From positions 75,358,253 through 75,422,252 of the forward strand of contig NC_081367.1 in NCBI RefSeq assembly GCF_030684315.1: a stretch of 64,000 nucleotides of DNA, written 5' to 3'. The notes under the pieces are model-generated. The model searched no databases. It was not told the origin of the DNA and saw only the letters and a program-made list of their open reading frames with translations. This document shows, piece by piece, positions 1 to 12,382 of this stretch (the first letter of the stretch is position 1; every line of letters begins with the position of its first letter). The position numbers and the translations under genes are program-made. Origin of the DNA: Stegostoma tigrinum. Its lineage: Eukaryota.

Positions 1-1868
1 TCAACGCTGCATTGACTCTGCTCCAGCATCTGCAGTTCTTACTATCTCTTTAGAAAAAACGTCTTTAGTTCTTGTAGCTTGTCCATTTATTATTAGCATG
101 TTATTTAAAGATGTTTTTGCTTTCAGTCAAGTAATGTTTGTGGCTGTTAAAGGATATGATTTTTGTTGTTAAGGCTTTAGTTTCTCTATAATTCTGCATG
201 AAACCCCAGAGTACATCTTCTACTTTCATGCGCTATCAGGTGATTCAGATGTTTGTGACTCTCCGGCTGTGTTTGTGATTTAATCCATGGTTAAAGAATG
301 GTTACTTCAGAAAGATATTTGCAAGGCTGTTGATACCTCTGGAACTATTGCTACCACAAGCACTGTGATGCTGCCTTAAGCTGTGAAAGAAAATTGGGAA
401 GGGGTCATTTAATGAAGGTGCCTTAGTGCTTCAATAGCAATATATTTTAAAGATGCTGCCTGAAACTGTACTGTCACTTTTCCCATTTTGTAATTTGAGC
501 TTCCTGCCATTTTGTTGTCTGCGTTGCTTGTACTTTATTTGATTTTAAGGTCTTACTTCAAATTAATAATCTAAATTAGTAGCTGTATTGATCTAATTGC
601 ATTCCTGAGGTGTGATCCTCACCATCTAACGTAATATTACCTTTAATTTACTGTGTCCAGAGTTCTTAAGCTTATTCCTGCTTATTGATTTTCTTCTTCC
701 ATATGGAACTGAGATAAATGTAATGCGCATAGAGAGAGCTCTGTTTTGTTGCTCATTTGGAATATAGGCATCATCTGCAGACATGCGCAATACTTCACCT
801 TATTCCTGTGACATCTTAACAACTACAAATGCAATGCTTTACGCACTAATAGTTGCCTCTTGAAATGGAGTAATGCTGACAGTGAAAAGATATTTCAGGA
901 GTGCAGTGTGCATTTGCTTACTCACTAGAACTGACAGTAATTCTGTGATTGACAATATAATGCAGCAAAAAGCTGTGATGTTATCAAATTTGGTGAAGTG
1001 AGGCTGTTTGCCCATTGCAGGGTATAATGTCTAGTGGCTGCATTTGAAAGCTGATACATTGTGGCTTCTCAAATTTAGTCAACATTGTGACGAATCAATT
1101 CGTACTTAGATTTTTCAAACTTTTAACTTGTCCCTTTACTATTAAAATGTTATTTAAAGATATAATTTTTTGTTTTCATTCAAGTAATGTTTGTGGTTGA
1201 TAGAGGATATGATGCAGTGAGTTGCTTCAGCACAGCAGGAAATTTGTGCCCCATTTCTGACCACAGTGGTTTTCACTTCACATCACAGTGCAGTCTGAAG
1301 AAACATTGGTGGGAGCAAGAAGTGGGCTTCATTGGTGTTTTTCTCACTCACTTGCTCATTATATTACGTGTGCATTTTTAAAAAAAAAGTTTGTTGAGAG
1401 AAGCAGAAGCTATTGTGTTCTTTGCCTATTTCATTGACAGAATCAGAAGGAGCTGATCACCGCAATAACGCATGCAACACTGTAATATCCTTCCGATCTA
1501 ACCTAATGATCAATTTCCTTTCTGAAATGTGTTGCATCAGTTATGTTTGGATAATAGTACTTTTATCTATATTAGATACCTTCTGCTGGTCCTGGGCCTA
1601 TTTCCCTCATAGCATCCTTAACCAATTGTCATTACTTATTTCGATTTACTGTAAATATCTAAAACTTGCATAAAGCATTGTGTAAACTGAGATTCAGCAT
1701 TTAAACTGCTGATGAGATGGCTTCAGACTCTTTCCAGTGGTGCTGAAAATCATTTTGTTGAACTGTTAAATAGTTTCTACAAACAGGAAGGAATGATTAA
1801 TGGTAGAAATATGCTAGGTATTTTTTCTTTCTCATCTCTTGATGTTAGTTAAAAAGACCAAGTGAGTT

Positions 1869-2472
1869 ATAGAATCACTCAGCACAGAAACAGGCCGTTC
1901 GGTCCAACTAGTCTGTGCCAACCAAGTTTCCTAAACTAAACTAGTCCCACTTGCCTGTATTTTGCCCATATCCCTCCAAACCTTTCTTATTCATGTACTC
2001 ATCCAAACATCTTTTAAATGTTGTAATTGTACCTGCACCTGCGTTCACCACTTCCTCTGACATTCATTCCACCCAAGTGCTGCTCTCTATTTTTTAGAAA
2101 AAAGTTGCTCCTCTTTTCATTTTTAATCTCTCTCCTCTCATTTTAAAAATATGCCCCCAGTTTTGAACTCCTCCGCCCTAGGGAAAAGACCCTTGCTATT
2201 CTCCTTATCTATGCCCCTCATGATTTTATAACCTCAATAAAATAATTCCTAAACTTCACATGCTCCAATGAAGTTATTTTTATAACTCAAACCCTCCATT
2301 CCTGGGAACAGCCTGCTACCTCTTTTCTGAACCCTCTCCAATTTAATAATATCCTTCCTACAGCAGGGTGACCAGAACTGGACACAGTATTCCAGGAGGG
2401 ACCTCACCAACATCCTGTATGACCGCAACATGACATGCCAACTCCTATCCTCAATGGTCTGACCAATGAAGG
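1869..2472 (-). mobile_element. CR1 LINE 3' fragment
   Basis: ORF 2249..2431 LEYCVQFWSP..LERVQ is the CR1 ORF2 C-terminus; the 3' UTR ends near 1869. Confidence 0.88.
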
Positions 2473-2784
2473 TTATTGGGCCTTACCATTTGCTAGAAGA
2501 ATGGAAGTACAACCAAAAAAAACTGCTATGTCTCTGATTCATTTTCAGTACAGTTTTAGTAGCTAGCCCATCTTTGTTCTTGCAAAGGAGCAGGCATGAT
2601 TCCTCCATCAGTTTTTTTTAGCCATTTACCATCTGTTTTCTCTTCCCTTGTAGCCTTGAGTACACCTCCCTCGGTGCTGTCTCCTTTGCTGCCAGGCTCA
2701 CGTGAGCCTTGCAAACCTGAAGGCAATTTTTTTTTCAGTTGCACTTTAAATATACAACCTCTACATGACATTGTTTATTTTATG

Positions 2785-3205
2785 CATAAAGGTTTACAAG
2801 GGTGTTGCTGGGGCCAGAGGGTTTGAGCTGTAGAGAGAGGCTGAATAGGCTGGGGCTATTTTCCTTGAAGTGACCTTCTAGAGCTTAAAAAGTCATGAGA
2901 GGCATGGATAGGGTTAATAACCAAGGTCTTTTTCTGAGGGTGGTGGATTGCAAGACTAGATGGCGTAGGTTTAAAATGAGAGGGAGATAGATTTAAAATG
3001 AACCTGAGGGGCAACTTTTTCATGCAGAGTGGAATTACAACATTGAAAAGGCATCTGGATGGGTACATGAATAGGAAGGGTTTAGAGGGATATGGGCCAA
3101 ATGCTGGCAAACGGGACCAGATTAATTTAGGATATTTGGTCAGCATGGACGAGTTGGACCAAAGGGTCTGTTTCAATGCCCTACAACTCTGTGTCTATGA
3201 TTACA
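2785..3205 (+). mobile_element. CR1 LINE 3' fragment
   Basis: LRGNFF..KRHLDGYM motif followed by a CR1 3' UTR. Confidence 0.85.
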
Positions 3206-3609
3206 TGTGAAATAAATTAGGAGCCAAAAAACTACTGAAATTATTCTTATGTGGGACTGAAATTTCTTGCTGGTAAGATGTTTGTTTTCTAGTTTTCCAC
3301 TTATGTGAATCTGGAGAATAACTAACTATTTTTGGCATAAAACTTTGTTAGACTCATGATATTATGTCTTGTACAGGAACAAAGTAAGTAGTTTAATCTC
3401 TTTAACCTATTCTTACATTTATTTAATTATGGCTGATTTGTATCCCACCTTGATTCCCTTTTTTCAAATAACCTTTTCTAATTTTAAAAAAAAGCCTCTT
3501 TCGGTTTTAAAATGTCGGTTTAATGTAGCCCGAGTGGTTTTGTGGGAGGAGTATGTACCATATTTCCACTCTCCTGAATAAGCCCTTCCTGACACTTCCC
3601 TTGACCTAA

Positions 3610-3720
3610 TCTCTAACCAACCTGTTCAGAGATGTTATTACAACACCTGTGGAGCAGGTGGAACTAGAACCCAGCCCTCCTGGTTCAGAGGTACGTGTAC
3701 AACTGCTGCACCGCATGAGA
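3610..3720 (-). mobile_element. Short tRNA-like SINE fragment; related copy near 60415-60520
   Basis: B-box-like GGTTCTAGTTCC on the minus strand; similarity between the two copies seen by eye. Confidence 0.45.
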
Positions 3721-5777
3721 TTGACAACACAGGCATCATTGATGATGAGCTGTCTCAGCACTGATAAACTCTCAATAATTTCTTCTTAAATGGTGCTGGA
3801 TCATGGTGACAGTGGAAAAACTTTTCACTGTATTTTACTGCATTTCTAACTGTAAAGTACACATGACAATAAAAATTCTGCCTTCCTCCCATAATGTAGG
3901 ATATGTAAATGTAGTCCTCAAAACACAAACTGTTCAGGTATAGTATGATTCTAATGTATTTTCACTGCACCTGCTCCAAATCCAACCTCACCCCTTCAGC
4001 AACGCAGTGAGCAGAAACCAACTTGTTATTATTGTAACTTCCCGTTCCCTTGAGATATAGGCCAGCATTGCATTAGCTTGTTTAGTCACACTTTGTACCT
4101 GCTTCGCTATCTTTGGTGATTTCTGTTCCTGGCTCCTAAATCTTTCTGGTCCTAGCTTGTCCTTTACAAACTGCTCTGATAATACTGATTGCCTGACCAT
4201 GCACGTTCCCATATTGAACTATTGAACCTGTTTTGATTAATTTATCAATGTTGCTTGCCAATTTACTGCTGTAGCCTAAATAACTTATAAATAGCGCACA
4301 ACTTAGTGTTGTCTTTCACATATAACTCTCTCTCTTTTCATTTACCTGAGTCATTAATAAATTAATCTCACAGGCCTAGAGGGGATGATGATGTGATAAG
4401 AAAAGAAACAAAGTACTTACCGAGAGAATGTGTGCTGCTGTCTGAAAGCAAAAAGGAGGCAAAAAAAAACTGACACATGCAAGTGAAAGAATAAAAACCT
4501 ATTATTCTTTAACTTTTGCTAATGAGCATTTATTGACCTGAAATATTAACTCTGCTCTTTCACGACAGATGCCTGAGCTGCTGAGTATTCCCAGTTTTTA
4601 ACCCTATCCTTTGTCTCCTACCTCCCAAAATTTTAGTTACCGTTGACAGTTGGCTCCAATTCTGTGTTGATTTCTAGTTTTCGTACTGGTGAAGGGTCGC
4701 TGGGCCCAAAACATTAACTCTGATTTCTGTTCACAGATGCTGCTACTACTGTTCAAATTTTCCAGTAATTTCTGTTTTGTTTCAGATTCCCAACATCTGC
4801 AGTTCATTCAGTTTTTCCTTATTGCCCCCTGCAATAAATAGCCTTCACTTTTGACCACTAGACACATATTGAGAATCCAAATGTAGTCAGTTCAACTTCT
4901 GATCAATAAATTTTAAAAATGAGCAACAGGCACACTAAACCATTCAAATTCGATGTGAATTGGCACGTCATATTTGTCTCCTTTAACTTTCTTATACAAT
5001 TATTGCTGTATTGAATTCAGTGTGAGAATTTTTTTTTGATTAGTATGCTTCACTCCCATAGTAACTGAATAGTGGTTAATATTTAGTAAATATCCTCATG
5101 GAATATATTTACCTATGTGTATGTAAGGCAGTTTTTTTTTGCTAAAATTAGTGCATATGGTCAAAGTGGTGTCTTAGTAGTCGCGTGACTCAGCACTAAT
5201 GTTAATTGGATAGATTGAAAGAGAACTGTTTGCAGGCAATGCTGAAGGGTTCTAGATATAAACTGTGATCCAGTCAAGCAAGTGTAAAAGCCTGAAGCCT
5301 GTGCTTCCCAATGACAATCATGACTACACTTCGGTGGTTGAAAATTGCCCTTCACCCACACCCCTTTGGGTGAGGGGTAGGAGACCTGTGGCAGTGGGGA
5401 TTGTCATGGGGGTGGGGTAGGAAGCCAGTAACACTGAATTGGGCAGAATGGGGAGGGGTCATTATTTGGCAAGTGAGCAAAGTTCCTCCTTAGCAGTGCG
5501 ACTCCCTCTGAGGGTATGTTCCCATCAGTTATCCCAATCACCATTTTCTTATGGTGTCGGAATCCGCTGTGCACAGATGTCAGAGGTCCAATGCAGAAGA
5601 AAACAGAATTTATAGCACTGGTGGGTATCTGAAACTCATTCCGCCAAAAGATGTGTGTTTGGAGAAACTCAGCAATTTTTGAGGGGAAGTGTCAAGGTGT
5701 CAACACCTGAATAAACAGGGACCCTCATGCATCTTAGTGATAATGTACCAGGAGGCCCAGGTTTGAATTGGAGGGAG

Positions 5778-5970
5778 ATAAAACAAAAAGAATTGCAGAT
5801 GCTGGAAATCTGAAACAAAAACAAATGTTTTTGGAGAAACTCAGCAGATCTGGCAGCATCTGAGGAGAGAAAGCAGGCTTGAATTTGGACTCAAAAAGCA
5901 AACTCTGCTTTCTCTCCACAGATGCTACCAGACCTGCTGTGTTTCTCCAGCAGTTTGTGCTTTTGTTTCC
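5778..5970. mobile_element. Fold-back Penelope-derived mini-element (family B: CAGATGCTGCCAGACCTGCTGAG)
   Basis: The two halves are reverse complements and match the 3' tail of the PLE at 18478-19342. Other copies near 4530-4815, 15478-15650, 21670-21760, 26110-26190, 30290-30380, 36235-36585, 41835-42066, 44968-45065, 49855-49960, 55848-55950, 57561-57762, 58860-58975, 62600-62730, 63935-64000. Confidence 0.8.
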
Positions 5971-6624
5971 GAGTTAGTAGGAACGAGGAAGAGGGAGAAT
6001 GCAAAGTGACTTGTGACAACAGGGTGAGGGTATTTGGGGGCTCCACAGCAGCCATTACAGTCTCCAAACTCAGAATTCGTTGATCCAAATTTTCAGCAGG
6101 CTATCCACCCAGTCCCAAAGCTCCTTCAAAAAAAATCACACTGGCACTGCAACCACGAGTTGGGAAGCTCTGTGCTAGGTTCTTTCTCCGTCATACCCAG
6201 AATAAATGGTTGCAGAATACTGCCACCTAGTGTAGTGCAAGTTGAAATGTTCAGAGGGAGAAACAAAATAATGAATAAGACCATAAGGCGTAGGTAGTGT
6301 CGAAAATATTGGGACTAATGTAAAGGCAGACAGTAAGTAAATAGTTTTGAGTGAGATTGGCTTGCCCCCTAAACAATGAACTGGGTACAAAGAATGAAAG
6401 TGACCAGGTTGTTTTCATGTCCAGTAAGTGGTTGATAGCAGCACAAATCACAAAGAAAACCCCTTTTCTGCCATTTTGCAGGAATAGTTTGGTGTTGAAA
6501 GAAAAAATGCATCAAGTGAATTGAAGCCAAATAATGAACTTTGATGTTTATCTTGTGACTAGAAATGAAAAAGGACACTAAGTGAATACTAAATGAGGTG
6601 TCAACCTGGTGAAGAGATATGGAA

Positions 6625-6955
6625 TTTTTTCTTCAGTCATTAATGGGATGAGTGTGCTGCTGACCAGGCAGCATTTATTGCCCAGAGGGCGGTTAAAAGT
6701 CAGCCACACATTGCTGTGAGTCTGGAGTCACATGTAGGCCAGACCAGATAAGGATGGCAGTTTCCTTTCCTGAAGGACATTAATGAGCCAGATGGGTTTT
6801 TCCGACAATCAACAATGAATTTACGGGCATCATTAGACTCTTGAGATACTTTTTGAATTGAAATTCCACCATCTGCTGTGGCAGGTCCCCAGAACATCAC
6901 ATGAGTCTCTGGATGAACAGTCTGGCGATAATACCACAAGGCCATGGTCTCCCCT
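6625..6955 (-). mobile_element. tRNA-derived SINE (same family as 48715-49050 and 61055-61404)
   Basis: Shared body GGAGTCACATGTAGGCCAGACCAG..AAGGATGGCAGTTTCC and shared CAATAAATGCTG tail. Confidence 0.8.
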
Positions 6956-7707
6956 CTGGCAGGTGTCCTTTCCCTACAGTGAGGGGTTTCAAGACTTGGG
7001 GGCACATTTTTAACGTGAGAGGCGAAAGATTTAAAGACATGTTGTGGCTGTGGAGTCTGTAAGTAAGAGTACAGCCTTCTAGCTTTGTTAAACTGTACTG
7101 TGTTTGGTACTCCCTTTTTGTTCTCTTTTGAAACTGTTGAATGGAATACTGATAAGAAAGGGAAAAAAATGACTTGCATTTATGTAGCATTTTTCAAATT
7201 ATAGCTGTATCCTGTTCTATTTAAATCAACTGGCAAAGTATTTCAAGTAACCACGTTAATGTATAAAGAAGGTGACTATTAATATGGAAAAATAAGGATG
7301 TGAAATCAGAAAATTTTGGTTGTGTGGAGGTGAACTTGGATGTATTTGAACATTTTCTTTTGAAGCCTTCAACACTTGTGTGGTGCACTGATATTCAGCT
7401 AACTTAATTGCACTGCGGTATTTTTCATGACTTGCATGGCTTATTTTGCATTCAAGTTAAAAAGATAACTTTGGTTACAGCGCGTTTTATCTTGAGGGTG
7501 GAGCTGAATAAGGTTTCAAGTGTGGTCCTTGCACCTGTTTGCACTGTAAGATGATGAATCAAACCACATCTGTGTACTGTCAAAAATTGTACAGTAATTT
7601 AGAAAAGAAAACTGTCTTGCAGTCAGTCAACATCAATCAATCCAGTTAACTTCCTTCAGAGTTGCTGTTGTCTGTAAGGGGTCCGAGTTTGTAGCTAACA
7701 ATGTAAT

Positions 7708-7960
7708 CGTAGGAACAAGAGTAGGCCATTCAGCCCCTCAAACCTGTTCCATCTTTCAGTGAGATCATTGTCTCATCTGAGGCCTAACCCCATATTTGCA
7801 TTTAAGTAATTAACTGTGGCCTTCAACCCATGTCACTTAATACCCTTCACCAAAATGTTTCTTTTCCAGATTTAAAATTAATAACTAATCTAGCATCCAC
7901 TGCCATTTGTGGAAGAGAATTCCAAACATCTACCATCCTTGGTGTGCAGAACACTAGATA
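7708..7960 (-). mobile_element. Old CR1 3' fragment
   Basis: RMVDVWNSLPQMAVDA in ORF 7847..8254 plus a CR1 3' UTR. Confidence 0.75.
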
Positions 7961-8214
7961 ACATGAAAGCAGTCTTATTGAGCAATTCCTTTTAGATATC
8001 AAAAAGTGACCTATGAAAGAAGAAATATGAACATTATTATTCTGTTGACGTTTGTTTTCTTTGTTGTGTTCCTCGTAAACATATAGGGAACTTGAAAGTT
8101 TAAAAGACCAGCAGACTTTTTTTCTTGATCGCTGCATGTTGTATAAATTCATTGAGCTGCTTTGTTTCAGCATGTAATTTTGTTTGCAAAGTCTGAAGGC
8201 TGTGAGTATTTTAA

Positions 8215-8566
8215 GGCTTTTCTCTTTAGAACGACAAAGAATGAGAGGTGACATGATCGAGGTATAGATGGAGTGGATAGTCAGAGACTTTCCTAGGGTG
8301 CAGGTAGCTATTACGAGGGGGCATAGTTTTAAAGTGAGTGGAGGTAGATATCAGGGAGATGTCAGAGATAGGTTCTTTACTCAGAGTAGTCGGGGTGTGG
8401 AAAACATTGCCGGAGAGGGTAGTGTATTCAGCCTCGTTAGGGCATTTATGCAGCTATTAGATAGGCATATGGTTGATAGTATAAGGTAGGGGTGGAGATT
8501 AGATAGACCATCGGTTTCGGGTAAAAGTTCAGCACAACATCGTGGACCTGTACTGTTCCATGTTCT
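8215..8566 (+). mobile_element. CR1 3' fragment, same subfamily as the 3' end of 12383-15163
   Basis: TRGHSFKV motif; closely similar to 14770-15150. Confidence 0.88.
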
Positions 8567-9177
8567 CCATCAGCTCAAAAATTGTCAAACTAACTTTGTA
8601 ATGTAAACAGGAAACAAAAGCGCCAATTTCAGTTAAGAAACAACATGATTTACAATTTACGGAGAAACATATTATTCAAAAGTCCAAGTTGTAACAAGGT
8701 ATCGATGCTCTAGATTTTCCAGCTTTTTAAAGATGTTGCACCATGCTGATGATTCATTTTCCTGAGTTATACTTATTGGAAGCATATAATGATTTTAGAT
8801 AACCTGAAAGTTGTGGTAGAGTATGAGACCTGTTGAGCAAAGGGGATTCATCAGTTTTTCTGAAAAGCTATTTAACCTTCTACATTCGTTGTTTGGGTTT
8901 CCCAGTATTACTTTACAATTGTTTTGGGTTTCCATATTTAAAAAAATACAGCAACATAGTATGAAACTCTATGAAGAGTAGCAGTTTCAAGCATAAGTTC
9001 TGCTCCACAAGTTGAATGTAGACTGCTACTCAAACATGCTGTGGAAGGTATTGTTCCTGTTGAGGTGACAAAACATTCAACATGGTCTATAAGACATAAC
9101 AACTACATAAGATTGTAACAGAGTGCCACCATATTAAGAAATATTTCAAAAATTATCAGTAAGTAAAATGGCAGCTC

Positions 9178-9402
9178 ATAGACACAGAGTTTATAGGCGG
9201 AGAGGTGAAGGCCAGATCCTTTGATATCTCCGACCTCCACTCCTCTGCCTATAAACTCTGTATCTGTGTGCTTTCCTCTCACTGCACCTGACTAAGGACC
9301 TGTGCTGTGAAAGCTTGTGGTTTCAAATAAACCTATTGGATTATAACCTAGTGTCGTGTGATTTTTGACTTTGTCCACTCCAGTCCAACATAAGCATCTC
9401 CA
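9178..9402 (+). mobile_element. Penelope-derived mini-element (family C) with 5' fold-back and degenerate hammerhead motif
   Basis: Inverted repeat 9180-9213 vs 9232-9265; CAC-CTGACTA..GAAAGCTT-GTG at 9285-9319; second copy at 59510-59631. Confidence 0.65.
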
Positions 9403-10650
9403 TATGTAAAATGATCATGGCAGAGCCAGTTGGCAGCGAAAGCAAAAATTAGACCTTTAAGCATCCGATGTAGCCTAGTATTTTTGAACAAAAAAGAATT
9501 CCTGATAAAATGAGACTGGACTGAATTTTTAAAATTATTTCTATCAGTAGAACTTGAAAAGTTATCGGTTCAGAAGTGTTACAGCACAGTAACAGACCAA
9601 TTGCCCAACAGGTTCATGACAGTGTTTATTCTTCACATGAGCCTCCTTCCACCTTTTTCCTTTAACCCTACCAGTGACACTTTCAATTCCTTTCGCTCCC
9701 TGTACTTATATAGCTTCTCCTTGAGTCTGTCTGTGCAGTTTATCTCAGGTACTCCTTGTGATGTAGCAGTCCAAATTCTAAATTATTCTCTGGGTAAGGA
9801 GGTTTATCCTGATGTGTTTTTTGTGATTTATAGGTCACTATATTACATTGATGTCCGGAGACAAGATCTGCTTTTACACTATCAAAGATTGTCAGAATCA
9901 ATTCCATAGTCTTTCCTTTTCTTACGAAAAGATGCCCAGCTATTTGTGTTAAGATGTGTAAATGCACTTACGAGCATTTGATGATCAGATGGATAAACAA
10001 TGTTGAGGATGCACACTAACTTTAATAAAAAGAATTAAATTCTAACATTTTTCTTGTACTGTAATGAATGCATATTGTTGTAATTTTGAGGATTGCTATT
10101 ATCATGCACCACCTCAAAAGCCTCACCTGGAATCCTTGTATATTTGTAACCTTTCTCAAACTGCCCTTTGCTTTCCAAGTCCTTGAGCACATCACAGTCA
10201 TGGCTGCTTTTCTTGCACCTTGCTGATCAGATATTTATGTTCACTAGTACTGCACTACTTGTAATCAAACAAAAGCAAAACTTTTCACTCTAATTTTTAG
10301 CTCCACTGAAAATATTCACCTGTTGGAAGACAATTGGCCAGGTTTGGGTTTCGTGGAGAAAGGGTGCAATCAGCTCTTCAGACTGAGCCGGAAGAAGTTA
10401 GGTTATTTGATATCAAGCATGTTCTAACAGTTATGTTTGAGCATGGACCAACAGAGACAAGAAATAGGTAGAGAGAAAATCATCTCCTCTGCAGTGTGCA
10501 GATGGCAAGCTCCTGTAATACTATCAATTGTTGACTATCTTATACTTTTGGAAAAATGCCTGAAGAATGTTTGTTTATTTCTGAAAAGATTTAACAATAA
10601 GACTAAGTTAATATATCATAAGCTTTTTGCTCTTTTTTTTCCCCACTCAG

Positions 10651-10734
10651 GGTAATTGAATGCCAAGGACTTCCTCTTGTAAGTGGACAAAGTGGTGATC
10701 CCTATGCCTCTGTTTCTCTGGTTGGCCCTTCTAG
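10651..10734 (+). CDS. RASA2: RASA2 internal exon (84 nt), start of C2B: (R)[27 protein letters not shown](R)
   Basis: Polypyrimidine tract + CAG acceptor, GTACAG donor; the peptide resembles human RASA2 [25 protein letters not shown] as recalled; phase 2 to 2. Confidence 0.93.
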
Positions 10735-11652
10735 GTACAGTGTTGTTTCTAAAATTATATTCTAAAGTTGCAATGAGAAATTATGTTGTGTCTACACATC
10801 GAGTGATGCAATTGCATTTCCCTGAACTGGGAAAAGAGCTTCAAAGGAAAAGTTGCCCATTTGCTGCCCAAAAGAAGTTTTTGATGCAGGTGTGGTTCCC
10901 TGTGATGCGATAAGATCTGGATTATTTTTCTTCCTGTATTGAATTTTTATTTTCATCAGGTGTGTGATGTGGGAAAGAGAGAACATTTACTTTGAAGTAA
11001 TTTTTTACAGTTGTGAATTGAAAGCCTCATGTATTTCAAATTAAGAGAACTATAGTAATCAGCTCAAATATTGAATAAGTTTTCATTTTGTTATTATTTG
11101 TTAAAGGATGTGGGCATTTCTGGCTCATTTATAGCTCCTTCCCCCAACTTTTTAGTTTGAAGCTTTTTCCACAGCTCTAGTTATGCAATTCACCAGGACT
11201 CTGGCCCCAGCATGATTCAAGTGGAGCCTGTCCCATTAGAACGTCTCCTCCTTCCCCAGCACTGTTGCCAATACTCCAGTGTTTCTCCTACACTGATCTT
11301 TGATCCACAGAAGAAATTGCAAACAACACCCATTAGCACTTTTTCTGAATCCTTTAAACGCACAATTGGCTGGCAGTATGCTGGAACCTTTTTGAAGGGG
11401 TAACCAAACGGACTCCATCTGGCCCTTGGACCTAGGAATGGATTAGGAAGCGATCAGTGTGCTTCTCTGCTGTTTTCCTGGCAACCTGGTTCCATGCTTT
11501 CATGCCTTCCATTACAGGGCCCATGAGCGTCAACCTTGGGTCTAATCAGGATACTTCATGAAATCTGGAAGTACCAACACTGGAGTTTAATTTTAGAGCA
11601 TATTCCTTATTAAGACTTTAGTGTAAAAATGTCTCTGTACTCGTTTTGTTAG

Positions 11653-11725
11653 GCTGGATCAAAAAAGGACCAAAGTAAAGAAGAAAACCAGCAACCCACA
11701 GTTTGATGAAACGTTCTATTTTGAA
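11653..11725 (+). CDS. RASA2: RASA2 exon (73 nt): (R)LDQKRTKVKKKTSNPQFDETFYFE
   Basis: TAG acceptor, GTAAGT donor; C2 TKVKKKTSNPQF motif; phase 2 to 0. Confidence 0.96.
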
Positions 11726-11864
11726 GTAAGTGAAAGAGGAGGCAGCATACATTATTCTTCCTTTATTGATGGAATTAACAGCTATGAATGTATGTAACAT
11801 CTGAATTGAGAGCACTATAATAGACTTGGATTAATTTCTAATGTGGTTCATTGAATCATTCTAG

Positions 11865-11941
11865 GTAACAAGGAATAGCAGTTACACTAGGAAATCTCAT
11901 TTTCAAGTTGAAGAGGAAAATATTGAAAAACTGGAAATCAG
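11865..11941 (+). CDS. RASA2: RASA2 exon (77 nt): VTRNSSYTRKSHFQVEEENIEKLEI(R)
   Basis: TAG acceptor, GTAAAT donor; follows a 139-nt intron in frame. Confidence 0.95.
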
Positions 11942-12382
11942 GTAAATGAAGAACTGAATATATACAAATGAGAGCTACCAGAAAGCTGCTGAAAAATGTA
12001 ATCCAAATGGTTCAAATTGGAATTTGGAATTATGTGGTCCATTTCAGATTATAACTTGCTGCCAAAATAACAATGATGCCTGTGTTTGCCACCATTAATT
12101 CTGTGCAGCATATACAACAAGTTCAAATAAGGAACAACTACAGAGTTAAATACAAATATTTTTTGTCACCCAAGTTACGTTGTGAAAACCATTGTGAAAA
12201 ACTTTATGACACCGTATTGCTGTGAAGGATATGATGGAAGTTAGTAGTTAGTCATTCTGACAATGAAAGTGTAGAATCCCATTTCTTCAGTTTGTGAATT
12301 TTTTTAGGAGATTTTAAAATATGCCAAACCTTTTCAAAGAAGTTATTTTGTTGCTTTGTCTCATTTTCTCACGAGCCTACCT

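Noticed and set aside
1021-1047. Acceptor-like TTGCAG|GGT as the preceding RASA2 exon
   Set aside because: It reads GIMSSGCI-stop, not the expected GKVHLEL..; no such exon was found in 1-10650, so it is probably upstream of the window.
3377-3383. AG-GAACAAA-GTAAGT possible microexon
   Set aside because: 7 nt would shift the frame, the pyrimidine tract is weak, and there is no matching RASA2 peptide.
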